A stretch of 64,000 nucleotides of DNA from Entomortierella parvispora E1425 (taxonomy: Eukaryota > Fungi > Mortierellomycota). Positions within the stretch are counted from its first letter, which is position 1. Every line of letters starts with the position of its first letter. Under the pieces are notes generated by a model. The model had not been told where the DNA came from, searched no databases, and saw only the letters and a program-made list of their open reading frames with translations. Location of the stretch: the NCBI GenBank assembly GCA_020891255.1, contig BQFW01000004.1, positions 2,418,001 to 2,482,000 of the forward strand. Direction: 5' to 3'. The translations under genes were made by a program, and so were the position numbers. Shown here piece by piece: positions 47,147 to 59,272 of this stretch.

Positions 47147-48744
47147 GTTGGAAGGTTGAAAAAGAGAAGGAGCAATTTCTGGCTGGTCGCAGTGCCTTTT
47201 AGTTGGGCGAGGCGTGACTTGCAAATTAGGTACTTCCAGCTTCGTACCTTGTGGGGCTTCCTCGTGCAAACAAACACAAACACACTGCAACAGACTCTCT
47301 GATCGATCGTCGTGCCCCTGTGAGTCTGTCTGTTTGCTACTTTGCTTGCAGTGTTGCCTGTGTACAGCTGGTCGCTCCCTCTTTCGCCCGCGCACTGTCC
47401 ACCCGGTCATCAAAGGGTATTTTTTTTACTTCTTCCGCTCGTTCCTACTGGCCTCGTTCTCCATCCTGCCATAGCTGTTATTTCATACCACCATCGAGCT
47501 AGTTCAGGATCCTGCCCATCCTACGATCTAGCGGACAGACTCCTCTTCAGTCCTGGGGACCCTCGATCCTGAACCATGGGCGGCCGATGTGGCTCTAGGA
47601 AAATACGTCGTTGGAGTGGAAATGGCCAACGGAAACTCTACTGAGAACCTTGCGGCAGGGCAAAGTTAACCGAGGAGACGAATCGTAGATATAATTCAGG
47701 CAAAGCGTTTGAAAGCCTCTACAATGAGGTTCGTTGAGCGACTAAAGGACTGGGTCGGCAACACCCGAGACACTAGATAGTTCTCTTCACCCCCTTGTTG
47801 AAAGGCTGTATGTAGAGAATCCATGAACGAGCGACTTGACTTCAAGCTCCCCACTGGAGCTAGTTAGCCGTTTATCTCTCAGTTGTTTGTGACTCCATCC
47901 CGCCTGACCTAGACTGAGCGAACAATCATTGTTCAACTCGGCAAGAGGTATGGGTCATTTCGATTCATCAAGATATCGAGTCAGCGCGCGCTCGGATGTC
48001 CTGACATTTGACCACTCGATCAATCAGAAGTCAAACAGGCAGGAGACCACTCGTCCAATACCAGGAATTAATGCTTTCTTGTTTATTTACGCCAGATCGT
48101 TAGGATACATCGTCGTAGGAGTGAAGTACTATACATCGTACAATTCTAATAATATGCCATGCCACGAGATTGTTCGTCAAGGTCGTTACCAAAACACCTG
48201 ATTCAACTGCCTGACGAATCCTTTATCTGTCGAGATGTCATTTGCTGCGAAAAACATGTGCATCGCCATCCAAAGCCACCATTTATATCAGAGGCGCTCC
48301 CTGTATTCGCGGCCCTCGACGAATATAGCAAACATCAAGTAACATGACAACGAAGCTCGGTACACAAATATGAGTAATATGACGTGAGAGACGGACGTGT
48401 GAATGGCGCGTGAAATGTGCTTGAAAAAAAAAAGAGAGAGAGTCTGTGGGTACTAGCAGCCATCTTTCATGTAGGCCTGCCGTTCAGAGAGTATAGCAGT
48501 ATGAATTTATGATTCTATGCTACGTTGCCTTGATTGCAAGAGTCTAGTTGCTCGGTATCGACGCGCCAATCTTATTGCAGCAATTGCAAGAGATGCCTCC
48601 ACCGAGATGTCATAGCAGCCGAAAGGTTGCTCAACATCGCAAGAATATACGGTGGATCAACAGCGACCTGACTACCTCGACATCATCATATGACAGCTGA
48701 TACCGGGATGAATGTCTTCCATACTTTATTGTTCGTGTCAACTT

Positions 48745-50966
48745 CTATACGTGTCCTGTTGTGTCGTAAGATCGTCGCTTTTTTGCTATTTATTATATCA
48801 AGGAAGGAACAAGTCAGTTCGAGTAATTAAATGATGAAATAAACACCCCGAAAGCGGATGAATACATGTGCGAGTATTGAGAGAGAAAGGAAGAAGGAGG
48901 AGACTCACCATCACGAAGCACGCTGTATGCAGCAGTAATCTCCTGGAACTTTTTCTTGCCCTTCGCCTTGTCCTCTGGTGTCGAGAATCGATCGGGATCT
49001 AAAAGTACAGAGATGTTGGGTCATTTGCCACCCAATTCCATCTAAAAATCATACGTTCGCCAAGGACAATGGGAGGAAACACTTACGCCATTTCATAGCC
49101 AAACCACGGAATGCAGATTGAATCTCTTGAACTGAGGCATCCTTTGAAACACCAAGAGTCGAGTAGTAGCCCATTGGGTCGCCTGGTGGACCTGAGCCTG
49201 CAGACGAGGATCTTCCTGAGCCATAAGAGGACTGTTGCTGGTACTGTTGATTCTCACTCCAGTCCTGTCGGCGCTGCTCTTCCTCCATCCTAAAGGCCGG
49301 TTAAAAGAGAGTTATTTGGAGAATTCAGATGGCTACGAATTTAGTCCATGAAAAAAAAAATCTTACCTGTCATAGGCCTTAGTCCAGTCTGTGTCCCAAG
49401 GGGCTGATGACGCCTCAGCTGTATGTCCATCCATTTCCCTGCCCAAAAAAAAACACGACTGTAAGCAAGAACTCCATATCTCATAGGCGACAGACAACCT
49501 CTTGAATTATATGGTAAACTTACCTCTGTCGCCACCAGTCTCGGATGCGGTAGTCTACAATGGGGTAGTACAAAACGGACCAAGCAACCAGCAACGAAGG
49601 TGCAACCACTCCAAGCCAGAATCCAGATGTCATACCCAAGCCGAATCTCGAAGTGCCAAGGACTGCCAACGCTGCGATGGCACAAACAGCCGTAACAGCA
49701 CTGATTCTCTGCCAGGAGTAAAACCGTAATCCTCCCGCCAGTCCAGCTGCATCATGAGCCTGCACAAAGGTCCGAAAGTTCCTATCCAGATGTCGGATCG
49801 TGAACACATACACGGGCACGTAAATAGGTGCCAGAACCAATCCATCGTACTGAAAGTCCATCGACATGATCCTAGCTCTGTCCGATTTGTAAGCATTGAC
49901 AAGCCATTCCTCAGCCAATCGAACCTCGTTTTCCTCAATGGCCGTCCGCACAAACTTGAGCGCGATGGAGGGTTTCATGGTGAAAGGATCCAGTCCTCGA
50001 TTCTGTAGTCCTCGGTTGATATCTTCCTGATCCCTGGATTCCATATCCTGTGGTTCGAGTGTCTTTGCAGACATAATGCTGGTGCTGCTTCGAATCTGAT
50101 TGACGAATCCGCGACGGTATTTGTAGGAGGCATAGATTTGTAGATCTGGAACGCTGCTAGGGTATGTGTGTGAGAATTCATGACGTTCCTGAACTGCCCT
50201 CCATGTTGTCTCCCATGAGGTCTCGTTCTGCTTTGTGATCTTGTTGTATCTGGTGACCATGCGATCCCAACCCACTAGATAACATGAAGTCGGAACAAGA
50301 GGTACATTAATACCAGATCGGTCGGCAGGATCATTCAATCCAAAAAAAAAGTACCTTGAGCATTGATAACTTTAGAGCGCACAGATCCACTTGCAGCCCA
50401 GAATGGAATGTAAAGTGCTTCAACTTTGTGGACCTGATTCACCTTGGCTGAGAAAAAGCTGTGTCCATGATACCTTTCAAAAACCTATCTTTCGTACAAC
50501 TGTTGAGCAACCAATACATCTTTCTCCACCAGGCATTGAGACTATTCTTCAACATCCCTTGTTTCACACATACCTCCTCTGCCTGCTTGACATTCATTTT
50601 GAACGGGACGATCCGCAGCTTTTCCTTTGCGGGGCCTTCAGATCGGCCGCCAGATCCAGATGCTGAGCGATTACCGAATCCTGATTTTGAGGCATCACCC
50701 GAAGCAAATCGCCTGGGCGATGAGAATGTATCCTGAATGCTGGAAAAGAGCTTTTGCCTCAGCGACAGCAGACGGGTTGTTTCGCCAACAACTATGAATG
50801 CAGGACAAAAACCACCATCGGATCGTTAATACGCGTTCGTCTTGTGAAGGAAGAAAAGGAGAAACAGGTGCCTGTGTCAGAGGAGCGAGACCACGCGTCA
50901 GAAGATAAGTTTACCTGGGAGTCGGGAGGCAGCCTTGCAGGCCCGGGCGGTTCCCCAGAGAGCCAT
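48745..50966 (-). CDS. Predicted mitochondrial membrane protein with a C-terminal J-domain (DnaJ type III), multi-exon
   Basis: Reconstructed N-terminus MALWGTARACKAASRLPVVGETTRLLSLRQKLFSS..RRFAS (presequence-like), a two-segment hydrophobic region, then GYYSTLGV..IQSAFRGLAMKWHPD..KFQEITAAYSVLRDAKKRRSYD. Confidence 0.8.
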
Positions 50967-51915
50967 GCGCAAAAAAAAAGAAGGGCGAGGAATGAGGGAA
51001 TGGAGGATCTGAATGAGGAAGATGCTTGAGAAAAGCAAAAGGAGTCTCCTCCACATATCCCCTGCCAGAAAAGATGAACATGACGTCACATGGCATGAGG
51101 ATGTCTTTGATCCATGGGGCTAGGGGTTGGAAGCCAGGCTGGCAGCTGGCAGCTCAATTGCTCACGGGAGGAGGTGTTTCTTTGCTCTGATACATACATA
51201 CAGAGATGCATCGAATGCATCCTGCAAGCAAGAGGGCTGGGCTGTGGAAGAAGGCGGTGGTCGTGTGGTGTTTGGCGGACCAGATCAGATGTTCCTGCCC
51301 TGCATGGTCCATGCCCCAGAGCCTGGGGAAAGGCGGTCGATGCTTAAATGATAGGAGGGAGAACAGGAGCCAGATGAGATAGAGCCGAGGAAGAAGAACA
51401 GGGAGGGCAAAGAAAAGAAGGAAAGATGGGAAGAAGACGACAAGGAAGACCATTTGCGGCCTTTTTTTTCCCTCGAAGAAATTCACGCGTCGATAATTTT
51501 TTTTTTGACTTCTGATGTGGCTCAGAGAGAGAGAGAGAGTGGAGAAGGAGGCCATTTCAAGAACAGAAGGAAGAGACCGCCGAAGGAGACCCAAAAAGAC
51601 GAACAGGTTCGGTTGTTGTTTGGGCGCAAAGGGCTACTTCTCTCTTTCTCTTTCTCTTTCACTCTCCGTCATTCACTTCCTCTTCCTCCCCTTCCCTTAC
51701 TGAACTCCCCCTTCACTCCTCCTCTCTGTTTGATCTCCATCGCCCGCAAGATCCTCATCCCAATCAAAAGACGACACCCCCCCCGCCCCGCATCCAACTC
51801 GGCATCCAAAGACTCTTCAGAAACAGCGTGGCAATCCAAAAACGAGCAGAAGAAAAAAAAAAAACTCGACCCAACGACAAACTAGGCTAGCGTTCTCGCT
51901 TAGAAAACCACGGCC

Positions 51916-52876
51916 ATGCATCTCCAACCAGCATCCGCACATGTCTCGCCTTCGCCAGAACCAACGGCGCCATCACAGCGGGAGGATCCCGCAGGCGTGA
52001 TCCTCGTGCCCGAATATTTTCATCAAGCGGACATGACTCACCTCACCATAATGATTGGTAAAGAAAATGAAGACACTAGCGATGGCGCATGGATTTTTTC
52101 TCTTCATTGTTGTTTGTTCCAGGACGATCATGGTCGTTTCTTCTCTGGTGTAAAGGGGGGCCGCAATGGTGCAGACAAGAAGGAGATCAGTCCAAGCTGA
52201 CCGAGATTCTCTCAATTCTTTCATTATAGCGGACATGCTCTGTCGACTCACCGCTCACAACGACCAGATACCACTGACGTCCGCCAACCTAACCCGGTTC
52301 CATTCCAGAGCTCCCCCACAAATATCCGTTTACGACTATCTTCGGAGGATCGTCAAATATACCTCGCTGGAAAGGGCTTGTCTACTTGTCATCTTGATCT
52401 ACATCGACAGAGTATGCGAAAAAGTCCGAACGTTTACCATCTCATCCTTGACGGTCCATCGTTTTATCATTGCCTCTGTCACCTTAGCCGCCAAGGCCGT
52501 CTGCGACTCTTATTGCACCAACTCGCATTACGCAAAGGTCGGAGGATTGAGCACACAGGAGTTGAACACGCTGGAAGTCGAGTTTTTAGGATTAATCGAG
52601 TGGCGAGTCGCAGTCGAGGGAAGCGTCATGCAGCGATACTATGTCAACCTCGTCCGACAACACTCCCGATTCGAAATTGCAGAAACAGCCCATCCTCACT
52701 CTCATCATACATCAGCATCACGGCAACATAACGACGACGACGAAAATATGAATGGCGGCGGCAATAGTTCACATGATGACTCGGACAGTGATCAGTTGCT
52801 GAATGATGACTCTGTAGTAACGGAACCGGACTATGAAGAAGGTCTAAGGGACCAATGGATCCCCATGGGAGAATAA
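51916..52876 (+). CDS. PHO80/PREG-type cyclin (1 intron, about 52057-52229)
   Basis: TRFHSRAPPQISVYDYLRRIVKY..LVILIYIDR..TVHRFII..AAKAVCDSYCTNSHYAKVGG..ELNTLEVEFL. Confidence 0.92.
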
Positions 52877-53209
52877 AAACTCTTTTGGAGAGAAAGAAAA
52901 ATGTCTGGGGGAGTTTTTTTTTTGCATACGTTCAGTGCTCATGGTCACGATTCGCGTATTGTGTTGCGTTGAGAGCTTGCACAGACCAAGATGGGGATTG
53001 TGACCAAAGAGGAGCTCATCGACCGCAGAAAAAGTGCTTCGCATTTTCTTTTTTTGAAAAATTCAACGGCGCTCCTAGATCACCTTCAGGAGGGGGTTTT
53101 TTGTGATGAAGTACAGAAATGACGAGGGTTTTATTCCAATGAGTTATACAGGAAAGGTTCACGTCCGCCTCGGTTCCGGTCCGTAATCCTTTTTTGTTTT
53201 TAGGGTGAT

Positions 53210-53847
53210 TTATCGCTTCAAGTCCACGCTGCGCTCCAGAGCTAAGAAAGCAGAAAAAAAAAGTGAAATGAAGAAAGGGTAAATAATCTCGAATTGGCTT
53301 GCAGATCGGGCCTTTTGTTGTTGTTTTTAGCAAGCATGAGCTCTTGCGCAACGTACGGTTATAGTGAAGCAACTTCTCGATCAGATCGACGTGTGTGAGA
53401 ACCATACGGCGACAGCAGTATCTCTTGAGTCCAAGGGCATCAAGGGCATCACTAAAGAGAATAGGTATGAAAAGTGTATGAGTAAAACGGTGGCGAAGCT
53501 GTGGATTGACTGATTTCAACATTAAGCAAGAGGGATGAGGGGCCTGGCTCCAAGAATGAAGCTTTGAAGTGCGGAAGCACACTTTGCAAGCTCATTCTAA
53601 TGGCATCCCTTGAAGGTCTTTCCCGAGTAGTCCAATGGTCGATTCGGCGAAGCTGATCTGTCTGGTTCAAGAGCTGGTGCTGTTTCCGGTCCAGCTAACA
53701 AAGAGGTCCATCGGCACATCGATACAGGAGTCCTCATTCACCAAGGACTCACCCTTCACTGTAGTCTGACTGGAGGAGCGAGAGGTAGTGGTCCCACTTG
53801 TTTCCAATGACCTTGCCGCACGAAAAACAACGGACTGGGATAATCAT
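53210..53847 (-). CDS. RPB10: RNA polymerase I/II/III common subunit RPABC5, 3 exons
   Basis: [20 protein letters not shown] / [31 protein letters not shown] / PLE. Confidence 0.98.
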
Positions 53848-54148
53848 GATGTATATGAGTTTGTGGTTGAAGAAGTGAACAAAGAATGCATTCAACGCAG
53901 CAGACACCGTTTTGCTGCATATCAACAACAAAAAAAAAAAAAGGTCGCAGGCCATGCCAAAAATTGGCCATATTATTTCACGTGACTAAACCGCACAAGC
54001 CACACATCACATGACTACTTTTCTTGAGGAGATGAACTGTCGCCATCAGAACTTCCCATGGAACGCATGCTGTCCTCCTCTCCATATTCTTCTTTTTTGT
54101 CTCTTTCTTGTTTTTGAATTATTCTTATACCATCTATACCCCCCGCAT

Positions 54149-55901
54149 ATGAGCACACCCGCTGGTGGGAAACCGCCCTCGAAACGCGCCTCTCGTGGCC
54201 GTGGCCCTAACAAGGGTCAGGCAAAGACAAAGATTGTGGTCCGTCGTTTGCCTGCCAACCTCCCCGAGTTTGTCTTCATGGAATCCATCAAACCCCATGT
54301 GCCAGACCAGGCCGTGGAACGACCAACAACTTGGGTTGCAGGAAAAGTGAGCAAAAAGTACGCGCCAATGGTTGTTCACGCTCCGGTATTTGATCGACCT
54401 GGATTCTTGCTCCTCTTGATGGGTCTCTGACTCAGATACTTCTCGTTCCCCCCCTTTTTGTTACAGTCCTGTCAAAGGAAACACTCATGCCAGAGCATAT
54501 ATCTACTTCAAGAATGAAAGACTGGCCACGGATTTCCAAAAGGCTTATAATGGTCATGTATTCATGGACAAAAACGGGAACGAAGGACGTGCGTTTGTTG
54601 AATTCGCCCCCTTTCAGAAGGTGCCTCGGGAACAACGCAAAGCTGATACAAAGCAGGGCACGATCGAAGACGGTAACGTTCACACACCATCTATCCAAGG
54701 GCTCGTTTAACATGAAATACGGAGAACCTTCGAATTTCAATGACAAAGGATTCTAATGATGCATGACTCAATAGATCCGGATTATCAAGCATTTTTGCTA
54801 TCACTCACTGCGGAGCCAACGGAGGCGGACAAGGACATGGGACTCTCAGGAACAGAGCTACGTAAGTGGTGTTTATGATATTTTTTTGGGGTCCCGTTAT
54901 TTTATATGTTATCGAGTCGGCATCTGACCAGTATAATCCATCGGGTGTCTTCAGTTTTGAAAGAGAGCGCCAACAATCCAAAGTCGACACCATTGCTAGA
55001 GGCTCTTAGGACACAAAAGGCTGCTGCAAAGCAGCAGGCCATGCGACAGTCTCGTCAAGGACGACAGGGTGGAAAGGCTGGTCTCTCGAATTCCAGCAAG
55101 GCCCAGATCACTATCCTTGCCAACCGCAACCCTAAAAACGCTCCAACCAGCGGCAGTCGATCTTCTGGACAAGGTGCTGCAGGATCCAATATCCAACAAC
55201 AGCAACAGCAGAATGCCAAAGGGCAACAGGCTCAGGCTGGCCAAAAGCAGCAGCAATCAGGGGGTCAACAAAAGAAGGGTGCGCAGAATGTGGATACCGC
55301 CAACACACAGGCAACAAAACCCAAGCGAGAAAGGAAACGACGTGAGCGTGGCAGTAAGAAGGCGGAAGGAGAATCGGCCTCTGCCGCAGCTGGGAACGGA
55401 TCTGGCAGCAGCTCTGCAACACCGCAGATCACACTTTTGAAACCACCCTCGTCTGCCGCAGCTTCGCCCAATGCTAAGCCTTCAGCTTCAAGTGCGCCTG
55501 TCATTCCAACTCAAACTCAAGCTCGACCCCCCAGCTCGAACCAGGGTCGGGGACAGCAGAAGCAAAACCAGCAGCAGAGTTCGCAGCAGCAGCAACAACA
55601 GCAGCAAAATGCCAACGCCGCCAGTGGAGAGTCTACAAAGCCAGAGAGTGGTCGCTCTGGCCGTACTCGAAAGAGCCGCAGCGAGAGAGCCAAAGAGCCC
55701 AAGGTAGCAGGGGGCCCCTCGAATGGCGTGGCGCAGAACAATGGCGGAGCCAACGGAGGTGGTTCGGCTTCGAGTAGCAAACCCGCAGAGAATGGTGGAG
55801 CTCCCACTCGCTCAGGACGTAGCCGCCGCAATCGTGGCGCTGGAGGAGGAGGGGGCGGTGGCGGTGGCGACAATCCTTCCAGTTCTGTGGCTCAGGGTTA
55901 A
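54149..55901 (+). CDS. UPF3: Nonsense-mediated decay factor Upf3 (RRM-like Smg4/UPF3 domain plus Q/G/S-rich tail), multi-exon
   Basis: KIVVRRLPANL..GKVS..HARAYIYF..F..AYNGHVFMDKNG..AFVEFAPFQKVP..GTIEDDPDY..FL. Confidence 0.9.
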
Positions 55902-56698
55902 AAGAGACATGACATTTTGACAAACCGTTCAGGACGACACAAGCATGGCCAGCCTCTAGTGTCCAGACTTTTGAACCTATCCGTTGGCGTCGTCGTACGG
56001 CTCCATTGTGAACATCAGACGCGGTGTTTTTTTCTCATGTCGACGGAAGGAAGATCCAGTCGACATATCGCGTATTCGTTTTGCATATCTGCTATCTTGT
56101 GGATGCAGTGGCGATCCTAACCCAAGGGCCCTTTTATTTCTCGCCGCACAATGGAGATTGACAGAAAGAGGGTGATTGCAGCATGCGTGAGAGCCGACTC
56201 CATGCCTCTCCGATCTGGGTTGTGAAATACAGGTCTTTCAACAATAAACATCGGCAGCAACCTTCTCTTCCTTCACCGTTTCAATCAGGCCGTGCATTCG
56301 CCAAGGAATTTGGTACGACATGCTCACTGCGCGTGGAAAGATGCGGAGCGCGGAAACCCTTTTCTGGGAACATGAAAATCGCCTTACTGAACTGGCAAGA
56401 GTGACGCAGTGCAGAGCGCGTTTCCTGTTGACGCGCCGCTGCAATGCCCGAACTATGACGAGAATGGAAGAGGGCGGGCGGGCCCTCTTTGTCTTTTATT
56501 CTTTCTTGTTGTTCTCGGGTCGCAATCAACATTGACATTCTTTCCTTCCCTACCTTCTCTACTTCCTCTTCTTTCCTCCCTCTCGTCATCCCCTCGTCTC
56601 CAGCCATCGCTTTCTCCTCTTTTCAGATTGATCTCACTCTCGCTGATCGCTCCTGCCAGGTTCATTACGCATTACGAAACAGCCACATTCGACTCTAA

Positions 56699-59146
56699 AT
56701 GACCGCGACACGGCTCGCGAACCGCGCATGGCCGCTCCATCCCTCCAAGCTACTATCCACAGGTGCTGGAGCTCGTCTGGCACCTCCTCGCACACTAGTA
56801 CAAAAGAGTCCTGTTATTCAATGCAGGTCTAAAGGCGCGCTGTCGACAATAGCGTCGATAGAAGAAGCTGTGGCATGCTCGACCAGGAGGCTACGCGTAC
56901 TACCCATTAGGTCCAGTCGAGCCATTAGTTACCGTCAATACATGTTACCCGCCTTGGCCACTCAGACCGGCCTTTCGCTGTTTGCCTCCGGGGTTCACTT
57001 GGAAGCTAAGGTTCTTGCCGACCAAAGGATAGCTCAACCTGCCAACATCATACCTCCTATCAAGACTGAGATTGTCAAAGAGTTTCAACGACCCTCCTTT
57101 TGGAGGCGACTAAGGAAATACCTAGAGGACATGCTGGAGGACTATGTGATCCATCCATTTCTGACCATTTGGAGGTTCGGTGTTCTAGCAGTCATATTCT
57201 TGCCCCTGATCTTGACCGCGCCAACAGTGTTTATTGGAAAGCGACAAAAGGAGCTGCATGACGAACGATCTGGGACGATTTGGTGGTACAGTCTTTTGGT
57301 GCGACATATGGAAATGGCGGGACCGACGTTCATCAAGGTAAGGACGGAAGACCTCTGCAGGGCGGGTCCCACTGTTTCAAGGGAGGAGGAATGCTTCTTT
57401 TCCTGGCGACCGTTGATCTCGTGGGCGGAAATATAACAATTTTATTTTTTTTTGTGTTTGTCAAATGACCATTTTAGCTCTCTCAGTGGGCGGCCTCCAG
57501 GACCGATATTTTCCCCAAACAATTGTGCTCCATGTTGTCAAAGCTGCACAGCCAGGTGGATCCTCATTCAATCGAACACACCCGGCGCACGATCGAGGAG
57601 GCCTTTGGAGGTCGCAAGCTTGAGGATATCTTTGACGAGTTTATCGAGACACCACTCGGCATTGGTGCCATTGCTCAGGTGTACCGTGGACGACTCAAGC
57701 CCGGAATCGCACTCCATTTTGACGACAAAGAAGATGAAAAGATACACGTTGTGGGCACTGTTATGGGCAAGCTCAGCTCTTCGACCTTGGACCCCAAAAA
57801 GAAAAAAAAGGAAAAGAAGCTAAAGACAGAGGTGGCGATCAAAGTTCTCCATCCAAGAGTACGCAGGACAGTGGAGCGTGATCTAGCTATCATGAAGTTC
57901 TTTGCGACATTGATTCACTGGATCCCCAACATGAACTGGATTGCATTGCCAGATCAGGTCGCCATCTTTGGAGAGATGATGCAGGAGCAATTGGATCTGA
58001 GGATAGAGGCTAGGAACTTGGAAACCTTTCAGCGTAATTTTCGGGATCGATACACAGTGACGTTCCCAACGCCATTAATTCAGTTTGCGACCAGAGAAAT
58101 GTTGATCGAGGAGTACGTGGATGCGTTGCCGTTGAAGGCTTACCTCGAGAATGGCGCAGGACCGTTTGACTCCAAGATTGCAGATATTGGCCTTGATGGA
58201 TTTCTGGTGGGTTCTTGTGTTTATCTGAAAGCGACACTTTGCGCCAAGCCTACCTGCATGCATGGGAGACAAAAAAAAAAAAAGAACTGTTACTAATGGA
58301 GGGCGTGAACGCCAATTATAGCGCATGTTGATTTTTGACAACTTTGTGCATGCGGATCTTCACCCAGGCAATATCTTTGTCCGGTTTTACAATCCCTCGG
58401 CCAACAATCTCTTCAAACAGATCCTTGGTCGATTCCGAGGCGAGGAGGGACAAACAATGTCGAGCACGGATGAGGCAACGATGCGATTACGAGCTATCGC
58501 TCATGATGACAAGGAAGGGTGGTTGAACGAACTAGAATGTCTTTATAACGAGGGGTTCCGGCCGCAGGTGGTCTTTATTGACACTGGTCTGGTATCTGTA
58601 CTCTCGAACAAAAACCGTCGCGATTTCTTGGACCTTTTCCATGCCCTGGCCGAGTTTGATGGATATAGGGCAGGCAAGCTGATGATTGAACGGTGTCGAT
58701 CCCCTGGTGGAGTCATTGATGGTGAATTGTTTGCGCTCAAGATGCAAAAGTTGATCTTGGGAGTCAAGAACACGGCCATGTCCTTGGGCAAGATCAAGAT
58801 TGGAGACTTGTTGGCAGAGGTCATGTCGATGGTGAGGACGCACCATGTGCCAATGGAGGGCGACTTTGCCAACGTGGTGATCTCGATTTTGATTCTGGAG
58901 GGCATTGGACGACAGTTGAACCCGAATATTGATTTGTTCAAAACTGCGTTGCCAATCTTGCGTCAGCTGGGTCGTCAGGACAGTGGCAGAGGAATCGTCG
59001 AGGGTGTCAAGGATTTGCCAGGTGGAGGTGGCTGGTGGATCAAGATGTGGTTCTTGCTCGAGGCTCGACAATGGGCGCACGAGACCTTTGAGTCGACGAC
59101 GACGGTGGATCGGCACTTGGACGTGCTGTTGCATCCTGCCATTTAA
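56699..59146 (+). CDS. ABC1/ADCK/UbiB atypical kinase (ADCK2/Cqd1-like, mitochondrial), 3 exons
   Basis: AGPTFIKLSQWAASRTD, LGIGAIAQVY, VAIKVLHP, QLDLRIEA, FVHADLHPGN, FIDTGL, LEGIGRQL.P..D. Confidence 0.93.
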
Positions 59147-59272
59147 AATATTCGGCGATCTATAGAATCCCGAATAAAAATATGAGAAAAAAGGTCACGG
59201 TAATCTTGTTGTGGTTGCCACCAATTTCAAACGCTTCGTTCTTCATTCTTTCTGTTTCAACAATTGATCACC

